From a candidate division CPR3 bacterium GWF2_35_18 (GTDB taxonomy: Bacteria; Patescibacteriota; CPR3; GWF2-35-18): DNA of 64,000 nt. The translations under genes and the position numbers were made by a program. Under the pieces are notes generated by a model. It searched no databases. It was given only the letters and a program-made list of their open reading frames with translations, and had not been told where the DNA came from. Where the stretch lies: positions 136,719 through 200,718 of the forward strand of contig MESW01000003.1 in NCBI GenBank assembly GCA_001771135.1, read 5' to 3'. Positions 9,403-19,345 of the stretch are shown here, piece by piece (the stretch's first letter is position 1; every line of letters begins with the position of its first letter).

Positions 9403-9957
9403 TTATTTTAGAAGGTCAAGATACTTTTTAATGAATTTGATTCTACTTGCTACAGTCATCTCTTTCACTCGAATAACTTTGTGTCCATACTTTTTGTAGC
9501 TTTCACCAATAAGCTCTCCGACTCTATAAGATGATTTATAATTTTCCATCCTTCCTGTATTGCTTCGAATATCGAAATTTTTAATAACATCACATAAAAA
9601 AACCAAATCATATTTATGTCTTGAAAATAAAGGTTTAATGACTTCCGGAACTTCAGCATTAACTAGTTTCAAATATCCTAAACTATCATGTAAACCTCGA
9701 TCGCAGAAAATTAAATTATCTTTTCCATTTTGAATCTCCGATTCTAACTTGAGGACCCGATTCGCAATTAAGCTCTGAAACTCACCGATATAACCACGTC
9801 GCCATTTTTTCATCGCCTTCATACCCATTTTTTCTGTTGTTTCATTAATAATCTGCATCGCCGCTTCCGGAATTGTCTGATAACCTTCTCTGGCAAAAGC
9901 TTCTATTAAGGTCGTCTTTCCAGCAAAAGTACCTCCGGTTATTACAATTTTTTTCAT
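9403..9957 (-). CDS. AAA_28 / NadR-type P-loop kinase family protein
   Basis: ITGGTFAGKTTLIEAFAREGYQTIPEAAMQII matches the AAA_28 N-terminal consensus. Confidence 0.65.
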   Translation of the reverse strand: MKKIVITGGTFAGKTTLIEAFAREGYQTIPEAAMQIINETTEKMGMKAMKKWRRGYIGEFQSLIANRVLKLESEIQNGKDNLIFCDRGLHDSLGYLKLVNAEVPEVIKPLFSRHKYDLVFLCDVIKNFDIRSNTGRMENYKSSYRVGELIGESYKKYGHKVIRVKEMTVASRIKFIKKYLDLLK

Positions 9958-11045
9958 AGTTTTTGATCAAAATTTATAGCTTTACCTTTACGTACAGCCC
10001 AATTATAATCGCGATCATAATACTGACCCAGTCTTTCTCCAGAATCTTTTAACAAGCTTAATTTAAAGTCACCATTACCTTGAACGTAGGTCATCCCTGG
10101 AATAGCTCTCCCATTCATAATGACTGGAGTACTAAAACGAGGAACTCTATCAGTTTCCGGAAGATCTAAATATTGAAGAACACCAGTCAATTCATGAACC
10201 ATCTCGATAACAGCTTCTTCAGCTGTTTGACCTTGAGTAGTAGTTGGATAAAAAACAAAATCCGCAAAATAAGGATTATCCCCTTGAAAATCCCACATTT
10301 TGTATTGATTCAAAGAAGATAATCTTCCACCTCTTTCTTGAATCTCTTTTCGAGTCGCAATTATTCTTCCTCCTTTAGCTTTCTTTTCCGTAAAGATTTC
10401 GTGTACGATTTTATTATCTTCGGCTTGAACCGCAAGAATAGCTTTTAGGACTTCTATTTTCCGTTCTGGTGGAACATCAAGATGAACTTTATAGGTATCT
10501 TTTTCTCCTTCATACAGAATATTCGCTTCTCTATCAGTTAAAACAAGATCTCTATCTTCACAGATTGCATCTAGTAATTTCCGGTCTTCGGGAATTTCAA
10601 AATATAATTGTGGCCAACCAAAGTAGTAATAGCCACCATTATGTTCTCCATATTTTTCCTCGTGAAATTTTGCCATTGATTGCAGATAAGCTTCAATTTC
10701 TCCAGAGGTTAAATCTTCAAAAGGAATTCTATCTAAAGCTCCATATTCTACACTATTTATACTATTAAATATTTCTCCTCTATCCGGAAATAACTGATCC
10801 ATTCTTTTCCTTTGATCTTCCTCAAGATTATCAAAAAATTGACGTCGTATATCATCTAAAGTTTGCGCCTCGGTAACGAAAGATCTTAATTGTTCCGGAT
10901 CATTGTTTCCAGATGACAAAAATTCGTCGAATGATTTTAATAATCTTGAAGAAGCCTCTAACATTTCTGGATATGTCAAATCTCGACATTCACGACCAAC
11001 CTTTAAATCAAGCTGTTGTCTGTCTTTGACTGCTACTTCAAACAT
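9954..11045 (-). CDS. Hypothetical protein, 363 aa, translationally coupled to the AAA_28 kinase
   Basis: ATG start at 11045. Its stop overlaps the kinase start by 4 nt. Confidence 0.5.
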   Translation of the reverse strand: MFEVAVKDRQQLDLKVGRECRDLTYPEMLEASSRLLKSFDEFLSSGNNDPEQLRSFVTEAQTLDDIRRQFFDNLEEDQRKRMDQLFPDRGEIFNSINSVEYGALDRIPFEDLTSGEIEAYLQSMAKFHEEKYGEHNGGYYYFGWPQLYFEIPEDRKLLDAICEDRDLVLTDREANILYEGEKDTYKVHLDVPPERKIEVLKAILAVQAEDNKIVHEIFTEKKAKGGRIIATRKEIQERGGRLSSLNQYKMWDFQGDNPYFADFVFYPTTTQGQTAEEAVIEMVHELTGVLQYLDLPETDRVPRFSTPVIMNGRAIPGMTYVQGNGDFKLSLLKDSGERLGQYYDRDYNWAVRKGKAINFDQKL

Positions 11046-11059
11046 AAATACTCCTTCTC

Positions 11060-11959
11060 TTACATCTCTCTTAATTTTTTGATTCTTTCTTCAATAGGTG
11101 GATGGGTAGAAAATAGATTATTCATCGGACCCTTAAGATTTTTAAGAGGATTTACAATATATAGATGCGCGGTAGCTTTATTCGAAGCTTCAAGTGGCTC
11201 AGTATCACGAGATATCTTTTCAAGTGCGCTAGCTAGACCTTGAGGATAACGAGTAATCAAAGCTGCCGAAGCATCAGCAAGGTATTCTCGAGATCGTGAG
11301 ATGGCGAATTTAATCAGCTGCGCAATCAATGGAGACAATAGAGCTAAAACAATCGCGGCTATAGCGAAAATTGCCCCAAGTTGACCTCCTTCATCGGAAT
11401 TACGTCTTCTTCTCCCTCCTCCCCAAAACGAAAATCGCAAAAACCAATCAGACATCAGCGCTACTAAACCAACTAAAATTACTACTATTGACATCAAACG
11501 AATATCATAATTTTTGATATGAGAAAGTTCGTGGGCAATAACCCCTTCCAGTTCCAACTTTTCTAGCTTTTGCAAAAGACCGGTTGTCACACAAATAACT
11601 GCATGCTTCGGATCTCGTCCGGTGGCAAAAGCATTTGGAGCCGTATCATCTATAATATAGATACGCGGAAGAGGTAATCCAGCTCCGATGCATAGATTTT
11701 CAACCGTCGTAAAAAGCTGAAAATTATCTTCTTTTTGAATTTCATGAGCTTTAGAAAGCGCTAAAACAATTCTGTCAGAAAAGTAGTAGCTGAAAAAACT
11801 CATAAACCCTGAAAAGATTAAAGCAACTCCAGCATAGGAAAGTCCAGAGCCATTCACCTCTCCAAAGACATAAGAGATAACGGTGATAAACATGATAAAC
11901 AAAACCATTATTACCGCAGTTTTGACTTTATTTTCCTGAATTTCAGAATAGATAGTCAT
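11060..11959 (-). CDS. htpX: Zn metalloprotease HtpX (M48 family)
   Basis: HELSHIKNYD HExxH motif and N-terminal TM helices. Confidence 0.85.
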   Translation of the reverse strand: MTIYSEIQENKVKTAVIMVLFIMFITVISYVFGEVNGSGLSYAGVALIFSGFMSFFSYYFSDRIVLALSKAHEIQKEDNFQLFTTVENLCIGAGLPLPRIYIIDDTAPNAFATGRDPKHAVICVTTGLLQKLEKLELEGVIAHELSHIKNYDIRLMSIVVILVGLVALMSDWFLRFSFWGGGRRRRNSDEGGQLGAIFAIAAIVLALLSPLIAQLIKFAISRSREYLADASAALITRYPQGLASALEKISRDTEPLEASNKATAHLYIVNPLKNLKGPMNNLFSTHPPIEERIKKLREM

Positions 11960-12056
11960 AATAATATTTCCTTAAATTCCATGTAAATCCGAAGAATCCC
12001 GTATGGATAACTATCATCCACCGGGATTCTTCAATACGTTTACAATAATTTATTAC

Positions 12057-12623
12057 TTATTTATTTTCTTCAGTAAACTTGACTTCAATGTCTTTTTTCT
12101 CTTCTTCAGTTGCTTCAAAGTATTCAACTTCTTTAAATCCCATGGTATTTGCAATTAAAACTGCTGGGAACACTTTGATCTTGGTATTAAAATCAAGAAC
12201 ATTAGAGTTATAGAATTGACGCGAGTAAGCAATTTTACTCTCGGTGTCTGTAAGCTCATCTTGTAGTTTTCCAAAGTTTTCGGAAGCTTTAAGTTCAGGG
12301 TAGTTCTCAGCCACAGCAAGAATTGATTTCAAAGCTCCTTCAAGCATATTATTGGCTTCAGCCGACTCTTTCGCTCCTTTGGCTCCCATCATCGCAGATC
12401 GCGCTTTGGTTACATTTTCAAAAACCTCTTTCTCATGCTTGGCATAACCTTTCACGGTTTCCACCAAATTAGGAATTAAACTAGAACGTCGCTTCAGTTG
12501 AACATCAATACCACTCCAAGCTTCTTCAATTCTTTGTTTTGCCATAACCAAAGAATTGTAAAGCCCCCAAATAAAGATAATAATAACGACGGGAATTCCG
12601 ATTATTAATAAAGTCCACCACAT
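12057..12623 (-). CDS. lemA: LemA family protein
   Basis: N-terminal TM helix followed by a LemA-like domain. LemA is classically paired with htpX. Confidence 0.8.
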   Translation of the reverse strand: MWWTLLIIGIPVVIIIFIWGLYNSLVMAKQRIEEAWSGIDVQLKRRSSLIPNLVETVKGYAKHEKEVFENVTKARSAMMGAKGAKESAEANNMLEGALKSILAVAENYPELKASENFGKLQDELTDTESKIAYSRQFYNSNVLDFNTKIKVFPAVLIANTMGFKEVEYFEATEEEKKDIEVKFTEENK

Positions 12624-12965
12624 ATATGAACCTCCTTAAATTTACAAATTTATATTCTTAGATTATACCAAATTACAATATTATGCAAATCCTGTCTATT
12701 CTATTTGCATTTTACGCAATTTTCACCTTAGTAGTCTACTTAATTTCAGGTTACGGAAGCCTTTCTGAAACATTTTCAAATATTTTTAAAATCATTTGGG
12801 TAATAAGAAAACATGTGCCCGGCTGAAAATTCGTAATCTCCTACACAAAAAACAGCATTTATATAGAATTTTCTATCTAACAAATTTATAATAAATAAAT
12901 TAGTTAAATTAACTAATAATTCTATCATACCTGAATTAAAAAATAATTTTATCTCGAACATATAG

Positions 12966-12994
12966 TTGACTATCGGTCTATCATTTGCTACATT
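12966..12994 (+). promoter_or_regulatory. Sigma70-like promoter for tRNA-Asp
   Basis: TTGACT-17 nt-TACATT, about 30 nt upstream of the tRNA 5' end. Confidence 0.4.
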
Positions 12995-13024
12995 TGGTTA
13001 GCATCAGAATAACTGTTTTGATAT

Positions 13025-13101
13025 GGACCCGTGGTGTAGCGGCCTAACATGTCACCCTGTCACGGTGAAGATCGCCGGTTCGAATCCGGTCGGGTCCGCC
13101 A
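13025..13101 (+). tRNA. tRNA-Asp (GTC), CCA encoded
   Basis: Cloverleaf folded by hand. Acceptor GGACCCG/CGGGTCC, anticodon loop cuGUCac, T-loop GGTTCGAATCC. Confidence 0.85.
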
Positions 13102-13187
13102 GTTATTCTTTAAACAAACTTCTAACAATTACTTGTCACTGTTTAGAACAAATGATTTTCGAATTTATGATTTAATATCGGAAGGGG

Positions 13188-13901
13188 GTGAATAACTTTT
13201 TAAGTGTAGATACTGCCGCCAATTCCCCATCTACAACAAAATCCATTATGAGTATTATTGATAATATTAAAAATTCAGAATTCTGGAAATCTTCAGAATC
13301 ACGAGCTGCGATATTTGTTACTGGAATTCTAGTCGTAATCGCCATTTTTCTAGTCTTTAACTACTATCAGAAAACAAACAATACTGAAAACGAAATCGGA
13401 CAAACGACTAATGAAAGTACAAATACTGAAGAAAGTGAATCCACTTCTACAGAAAACGCAAAGGATACAACAAACACTGAAGAAACCAATGCTTACATCG
13501 TCAAAGAAGGTGACACTCTCTGGAGTATCGCTGAAAATGAATTAAAAGATCCTTACCGCTGGACGGAATTAAAAGATTTGAATGAAATGACTTCTTCCGA
13601 AGTAGAACCAGGTCAGATGCTGATTTTACCAAGTCAAACTACAGATAGTACTAAAACTCAGGAAGTTGCCAAAAAAGATACGGAAAATACTGGTGAGGTT
13701 CTCTCTGATACGACTTCAAAAGAAACTCCAGCAACTTATACTGTTCAAGCCGGTGACACTCTCTGGGATATTGCTGAAAAAGTCTATGGAAATCCATATG
13801 AATGGACAAAGATTTTTGATGCTAACGAATTAGGAAGATTGCCAAATGGGAATGTCCTTATTCATCGCGGAAACGTACTTGTGATTCCAGCATTGAATTA
13901 G
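13188..13901 (+). CDS. Membrane-anchored protein with two LysM domains
   Basis: Two LysM repeats (YIVKEGDTLWSIAE... and YTVQAGDTLWDIAEKVYG), a TM helix and a low-complexity linker. GTG start at 13188, or ATG at 13248. Confidence 0.7.
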   Translation: MNNFLSVDTAANSPSTTKSIMSIIDNIKNSEFWKSSESRAAIFVTGILVVIAIFLVFNYYQKTNNTENEIGQTTNESTNTEESESTSTENAKDTTNTEETNAYIVKEGDTLWSIAENELKDPYRWTELKDLNEMTSSEVEPGQMLILPSQTTDSTKTQEVAKKDTENTGEVLSDTTSKETPATYTVQAGDTLWDIAEKVYGNPYEWTKIFDANELGRLPNGNVLIHRGNVLVIPALN

Positions 13902-13981
13902 TCAGTAGCAGTAATCTACAAAGATGTATGAATACTTTTAAACTCGTTATTTTAATGAGTTGGGTTGTATTGTAAAAAATC

Positions 13982-14055
13982 GCGGGTGTGGTTAAGTGGT
14001 ATAATGCGACCTTCCCAAGGTTGAGTCACGGGTCCGATTCCCGTCACCCGCTCCA
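13982..14055 (+). tRNA. tRNA-Gly (CCC), CCA encoded
   Basis: Acceptor GCGGGTG/CACCCGC. Anticodon stem CGACC/GGTTG with loop ttCCCaa. Confidence 0.8.
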
Positions 14056-14086
14056 TATGATAATTAAATACAGAAACATATATTAT

Positions 14087-14440
14087 ATGAAGCTTTTACC
14101 ACTAAAACCAACAATAAAATTTGACGATCTTGAAAAGATAGACATTCGTGTAGGTACTATTGAAAAAGTTGAAAATATCGATAATTCAGATAAACTAGCT
14201 AGGTTAATTGTTAATTTTGGGGATTTTAAGCGAACTATTTTGGTTGGAATGAAGAAAGAACGAGAAAATCTCAAAGAGATTGAAGGAAAACAATCTTTGT
14301 TTGTAGTTAACCTAAAACCCAAAAAGATGATGGGTGAACTATCTGAAGGAATGATGTTTGATATCGGATACTCAAACGAAATTATTCCAGTCTTAGCAAT
14401 GCCAGAAAAACAAGTTCCTGATGGAGTAAATGCAGGTTAG
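14087..14440 (+). CDS. tRNA-binding domain protein (Trbp111/CsaA/EMAP-like OB fold)
   Basis: IDIRVGTIEKVENIDNSDKLARLIVNFGD...SEGMMF is a typical tRNA-binding OB domain. The ORF-track start overlaps tRNA-Gly, so the ATG at 14087 is used. Confidence 0.65.
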   Translation: MKLLPLKPTIKFDDLEKIDIRVGTIEKVENIDNSDKLARLIVNFGDFKRTILVGMKKERENLKEIEGKQSLFVVNLKPKKMMGELSEGMMFDIGYSNEIIPVLAMPEKQVPDGVNAG

Positions 14441-14700
14441 ATTTGTTTCTGTGTGGCTAAAACAGATAACCATCTATTATTTTTGTGCTACCAACTTCCT
14501 AAAAAGATGTATGCTCAGTATTTCTAGAAACAGAAAAGAATTTATTTTCTCAAAATAGTTATTAAAAACATTTAGTAGATATAATTTGAAACAATCATCT
14601 AGATCCGAACCAATTACGATATTCAGATCCAGGAAAAAATCACCAGAGCTGCCTTTTCAGATTTGTTAATTTTAATTGTTTTATTAAACTAAAAACCACT

Positions 14701-16137
14701 ATGAATTATAATTTTGAAGAAAATAAAGTAATTTTTTCAACAGATAAAAATTCAAAACCCCAAACTCAGATTCAACCACAAGCGAATTTCATGACTCAAA
14801 AACCTGAATTTGATGTGATTATTCTCGGAGCAGGACCAGCCGGACTCTTTGCCGCCTATGAACTAACTAAACTTCAACCTAATCTCAAGGTACTAATTAT
14901 TGAACGCGGAAACTCAATTGAGACAAGAAAACCAGGAGAAACAGTCTGTGGAGTGGGAGGCTCAGGAACTTTTTCCGATGGAAAACTGCATTTTACTCCA
15001 GTTCTTTCACACGAAAAATTACTTGATATCTTTACCATAGCTGAATATCAGCAACAAATTAATTATGTCGATCAGCTCTTTACCGATTTTGGTGTCACCT
15101 CTGCCTACACTCCAGATAATATGGAAGAAGCTGAAGAACTCGTAAAAAATTGTCAGAGACAAGGAATTCACCTTTATATACGTAAATGCCGTCATGTTGG
15201 GACTGATTTTTTACCAAAAGTAATTGCCAATATGGTTAAAATATTGGAAGAAAAAGGGGTAAAAATTCTTTGTAACACCAAAGTCGAAGAAATTTTAACT
15301 AAAAATCAAACGGTTATCGGTCTAAAAACTGAAGATAAAGTTTACGGAGCATCTAAATATCTGATTGCTCCAGGAAGAATTGGCACTAGTTGGCTACAAA
15401 AACAGGCGGTAAAAATTGGTCTTCATTATTCATACCAAAAAGTGGAGATTGGCGTTCGAGTAGAATTTCCCGCCTCGATAATGGAAGAACATTCCGATAT
15501 TCTACATGAAAACATTTACAGTATCAAAACTCCCACTTTTGATGATACTGTTCGGAATTTTTGTCCTTGTCCATACGGTTATGTGGCTGTGGAAGATTAT
15601 GGCGATTATGTTTGTGTGAATGGCCATAGTAATTCACAAAAACGTTCTCCCAATTCAAACTTTGATCTCACAACCGAAGTCCAGCTTACGGAACCGGTTG
15701 AAAATACGACTGATTACGCTATAGAAATTGCCAAAATAACAACCACAATTGGCGGAGGAAAACCATTAATTCAAAGATTAACAGACCTAAAATCAGGAAG
15801 ACGTAGCACCTGGAGTAGAATCAACAAAAGCTTTACACAGCCTACACTCAAAGAAGCTACTCCTGGAGATATTGCTATGGCGTTACCATATCGAGTAGTC
15901 AAAAACCTACTCGAAGGATTAGAAATACTAGATAGAGTTCTTCCAGGACTCAATAATAGCTCTACTTTGTTATACGCACCAGAGGTGAAACTACGTGGAA
16001 ACAGAATAAAAATTAATCGTAATATGCAAACCGAAATTCCAAATCTGTATGTAGCTGGAGACGGAGCTGGTACTTCTGGAAACATTGTCGGAGCAGCTAT
16101 TTCTGGAATCTTTGCCGCTAAAGGAATACTTTCCTAA
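14701..16137 (+). CDS. FAD-dependent oxidoreductase (COG2509-like uncharacterised FAD dehydrogenase)
   Basis: Dinucleotide-binding motif DVIILGAGPAGLFAAYEL. The N-terminal 30 aa may be spurious; an alternative ATG lies at about 14791. Confidence 0.65.
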   Translation: MNYNFEENKVIFSTDKNSKPQTQIQPQANFMTQKPEFDVIILGAGPAGLFAAYELTKLQPNLKVLIIERGNSIETRKPGETVCGVGGSGTFSDGKLHFTPVLSHEKLLDIFTIAEYQQQINYVDQLFTDFGVTSAYTPDNMEEAEELVKNCQRQGIHLYIRKCRHVGTDFLPKVIANMVKILEEKGVKILCNTKVEEILTKNQTVIGLKTEDKVYGASKYLIAPGRIGTSWLQKQAVKIGLHYSYQKVEIGVRVEFPASIMEEHSDILHENIYSIKTPTFDDTVRNFCPCPYGYVAVEDYGDYVCVNGHSNSQKRSPNSNFDLTTEVQLTEPVENTTDYAIEIAKITTTIGGGKPLIQRLTDLKSGRRSTWSRINKSFTQPTLKEATPGDIAMALPYRVVKNLLEGLEILDRVLPGLNNSSTLLYAPEVKLRGNRIKINRNMQTEIPNLYVAGDGAGTSGNIVGAAISGIFAAKGILS

Positions 16138-16206
16138 AAAATTCAAAATCTTGACAAAATTACCATATTATTCTAAACTATTACCCGTAGTATAATTGTT
16201 AAAACT

Positions 16207-16608
16207 ATGTTTAATATTACAAAACAAACTGATTATGCCCTCGTTGCAGTTGCAAATCTAAGAGATAAAAAGGAGCTTGTTCCGCTTTCTTTCCTTGTTG
16301 AAAAAACTCATATGCCTCGTCGTTTTTTGGCTAGGATTACGGCCGAGCTAGTAAAAAATAAAATTCTCATAAGCAAAGAAGGAAAAACCGGTGGCTATCG
16401 ATTAGCCAAAGAACCTAAAGATATCATTCTTTACGACTTTATGAGTATCTTTGAAAAAGATTTAAGCGTAATTTGTTGCCATATCGAAAAAGGTGTCTGC
16501 AAATGCAAAACTTCTTGTCATCATAAGGATTTTTTTCAACAGAATTTAAGTGCTATTTTTGTTAATCAACTAAAAAAAATCACTCTTGAAGATGTCTTCA
16601 AAAACTAA
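16207..16608 (+). CDS. Rrf2-family transcriptional regulator (IscR/SufR-like)
   Basis: N-terminal wHTH (TDYALVAVANL) and a C-terminal Cys cluster CCHIEKGVCKCKTSCHH. Lies directly upstream of sufCBDSU. Confidence 0.75.
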   Translation: MFNITKQTDYALVAVANLRDKKELVPLSFLVEKTHMPRRFLARITAELVKNKILISKEGKTGGYRLAKEPKDIILYDFMSIFEKDLSVICCHIEKGVCKCKTSCHHKDFFQQNLSAIFVNQLKKITLEDVFKN

Positions 16609-16614
16609 ACTAAT

Positions 16615-17334
16615 ATGAATAACATTATTTTATCGCTAAAAAATTTAACTGTTTCTATTAAAGATAAAAAGATCTTAAATAGCATCAACCTCGATCTTGA
16701 AAAGGGAAAAATCTACGCCATTATGGGACCAAACGGTTGTGGAAAATCTACTTTGGCAAATGCGATCTTAGGCCATCCTAGCTATGAAATACATGAAGAA
16801 TCAAAAATCGTTTTTAATCAAAAAGATATTAATAAGTTAACCACTGACAAAAGAGTCAATGAAGGGTTATTTCTAACCTTTCAAACTCCACTAGCATTAA
16901 CCGGAGTCAGTATCTTTGAGCTTTTAAAACAAGCCCAACCAAACAAAGAACTTCATAAAATCTCTGAAGAAGTACACAACTACGCCAAAGAGTTAAAGGT
17001 AAATGAAGAACTCTTATTCCGATCTTTAAATCAAAATGCTTCCGGAGGAGAACGTAAAAAATTAGAGCTCCTTCAAGCTGCAGTTCTAAAACCGAAGCTA
17101 ATAATTTTTGATGAAATTGATACCGGTGTTGATGTTGATGCTCTTAAGGACATTGCTTCTTTTATGAATAAATATCAAAAGGATACCACCTATGTCATTA
17201 TTACGCATTACAATCGAATTTTAAAACATGTAAATCCAGACAAAGTGATCGTTTTAGAAAATGGAAAAATAACAAGGCAAGGAAAAGCCAATCTTGCTAT
17301 AGAAATTGAAGATAAAGGTTATGGGAATAATTAA
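16615..17334 (+). CDS. sufC: Fe-S cluster assembly ATPase SufC
   Basis: Walker A GPNGCGKST and ABC signature SGGERKK. Confidence 0.9.
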   Translation: MNNIILSLKNLTVSIKDKKILNSINLDLEKGKIYAIMGPNGCGKSTLANAILGHPSYEIHEESKIVFNQKDINKLTTDKRVNEGLFLTFQTPLALTGVSIFELLKQAQPNKELHKISEEVHNYAKELKVNEELLFRSLNQNASGGERKKLELLQAAVLKPKLIIFDEIDTGVDVDALKDIASFMNKYQKDTTYVIITHYNRILKHVNPDKVIVLENGKITRQGKANLAIEIEDKGYGNN

Positions 17335-17336
17335 AA

Positions 17337-18734
17337 ATGCCTACTAGTCCCAAATTAGATGTACAACAACTTCATATTTCTCCTGTTTCATATGATTACA
17401 AATATCAAACTCCAAAAGGATTGAATGAAAAGATCGTTGCCCAAATATCTGCAAAAAAAGAAGAACCAACCTGGATGACAGACTTTAGGTTAAAAGCCTA
17501 TCAGATATTCCGAAATAAAAAACTTCCCACCTGGGGAGCGGACCTAACCGATATTGATTTTGAAAACATCACCTATTATCTCTCTTCGACAGATAATATC
17601 GCCAGAACTTGGGATGACGTACCCGATAATATAAAAAAAACCTATGATACTTTAGGGATTCCGCAAGCCGAGAAAGACTATCTTTCCGGAGTTTCCGCTC
17701 AATTCGAATCGGAAATTGTTTATGAAGGAATAAAAAAAGACCTGGAGAAACAGGGCATTGTATTTTTGGATACTGGTACGGCTTTGAAAAAATATCCTCA
17801 GATTTTTAAGGAACACTTTGCCAAGGTAATCCCTCCTGGAGATAATACTTTTGCGGCACTAAATTCAGCCGTTTGGTCTGGTGGTTCTTTTATCTATATT
17901 CCTAAAGGAGTCCACGTTAAGCTTCCTCTTCAAGCTTTCTTTCTAATCAACGCTAAAAATGTTGGTCAATTTGAACGCACTTTGATAGTTGCGGATGAAG
18001 GAAGTTTTGTCCATTACGTAGAAGGCTGTACGGCACCAACCTACTCTACTTCTTCTTTGCATGCCGCGGTTGTGGAAGTCTTTGTGAAGAAAAATGCTCG
18101 GGTGCGCTACACAACGATCCAAAACTGGAGTAAAAATGTTTATAATTTAACCACTAAACGAGCTTGGGTAGAAGAAAACGGAATTATGGAATGGGTTGAT
18201 GCCAATATCGGCTCAAAGGTAACTATGAAATATCCGGCCTGTATTCTGGCTGGTGAAGGGGCAAAAGGACAAATTTTATCTTTAGCTTACGCCAATGGTT
18301 CACAACATCAGGATACTGGTGCCAAAATGACTCATCTGGCTCCAAATACCTCTTCTCAGATTATTTCAAAATCGATTTCAAAATCTGGAGGACACTGTTC
18401 CTATCGTGGACTTGTTTCAGTTTCTCCAAAAGCCAAGAATTCCTCAGTACATGTAAGCTGTGATGCCCTGCTTTTAGACGAAGATTCTCGATCTGACACC
18501 TATCCGGTCATGAAAATCAATCAAAAAGATACTACTGTTCAACATGAGGCTACTGTGGAAAAAATCGGAGAAGAAAAACTTTTTTATATGGCGTCCCGTG
18601 GAATCAAAAAATCTGAAGCAGAATCAATGCTTGTAAACGGATTTATTGATCCAATTGTCAAAGAAATTCCCTTAGAATATGCCATTGAGATGAACCGTCT
18701 TATCAATCTGGAAATGGAAGGTAGTGTAGGTTAA
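17337..18734 (+). CDS. sufB: Fe-S cluster assembly protein SufB
   Basis: 465 aa with a SufB-like sequence, immediately after sufC. Confidence 0.88.
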   Translation: MPTSPKLDVQQLHISPVSYDYKYQTPKGLNEKIVAQISAKKEEPTWMTDFRLKAYQIFRNKKLPTWGADLTDIDFENITYYLSSTDNIARTWDDVPDNIKKTYDTLGIPQAEKDYLSGVSAQFESEIVYEGIKKDLEKQGIVFLDTGTALKKYPQIFKEHFAKVIPPGDNTFAALNSAVWSGGSFIYIPKGVHVKLPLQAFFLINAKNVGQFERTLIVADEGSFVHYVEGCTAPTYSTSSLHAAVVEVFVKKNARVRYTTIQNWSKNVYNLTTKRAWVEENGIMEWVDANIGSKVTMKYPACILAGEGAKGQILSLAYANGSQHQDTGAKMTHLAPNTSSQIISKSISKSGGHCSYRGLVSVSPKAKNSSVHVSCDALLLDEDSRSDTYPVMKINQKDTTVQHEATVEKIGEEKLFYMASRGIKKSEAESMLVNGFIDPIVKEIPLEYAIEMNRLINLEMEGSVG

Positions 18735-18735
18735 A

Positions 18736-19341
18736 ATGAATTATTTTATTGATCTTAACAAATCTAAACAAAAGATAATAACGCTACATAAGCATGGAAT
18801 TTATACCATTTTCTTTTTTAATTATAATGGACAACTAACTGTGCAGATTGAGAATAAAGATATTGAGGTTAATCTACTGGGGATTTATATTGGTAAAAAC
18901 AGCGAGAACTTCAACCTCGAAACAACTCAACGTCACAAAGTCGGAAGTAATAGCTCGAACTTACTCGTAAAAGGCGTCTTTTTTGACGAATCCCATTTTG
19001 ATTATAAAGGTCTTATCAAAATTGATAAAAACTCCCAAAAATCGCATGCATATCAGAAAAATCAAAATTTGATATTAGGAGATGCTGCTCATATTAGCTC
19101 CAATCCATTCTTGGAAATTGAAGCTAATGATGTCTTTTGCACCCACGGGTCAACCACCGGGAGATTATCAAAAGATCAGCTGAACTATCTTGAAAACCGT
19201 GGAATAGATAAAAAGAAAGGAGAAAAGCTAATAATCCATGGTTTTATAAATGAAGTTTTTGATATAATGAAAACTTCGAAAGTAGAAACAAAAATTATTG
19301 AATATTATCAAAATAAAACTCAATCTTTTTTAGCTAATTAA
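18736..19341 (+). CDS. sufD: Short SufD-like protein, 201 aa
   Basis: Position between sufB and sufS and a beta-helix-like C-terminus. About half canonical length. Confidence 0.55.
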   Translation: MNYFIDLNKSKQKIITLHKHGIYTIFFFNYNGQLTVQIENKDIEVNLLGIYIGKNSENFNLETTQRHKVGSNSSNLLVKGVFFDESHFDYKGLIKIDKNSQKSHAYQKNQNLILGDAAHISSNPFLEIEANDVFCTHGSTTGRLSKDQLNYLENRGIDKKKGEKLIIHGFINEVFDIMKTSKVETKIIEYYQNKTQSFLAN

Positions 19342-19345
19342 TCTT

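Noticed and set aside
12776-12961. 61-aa ORF in the AT-rich region upstream of tRNA-Asp
   Set aside because: It is low-complexity, AT-rich promoter DNA with no RBS, and it overlaps the predicted tRNA promoter.
13988-14086. N-terminal extension of the tRNA-binding-protein ORF in the track
   Set aside because: The extension runs through tRNA-Gly (13982-14055). The real start is the ATG at 14087.
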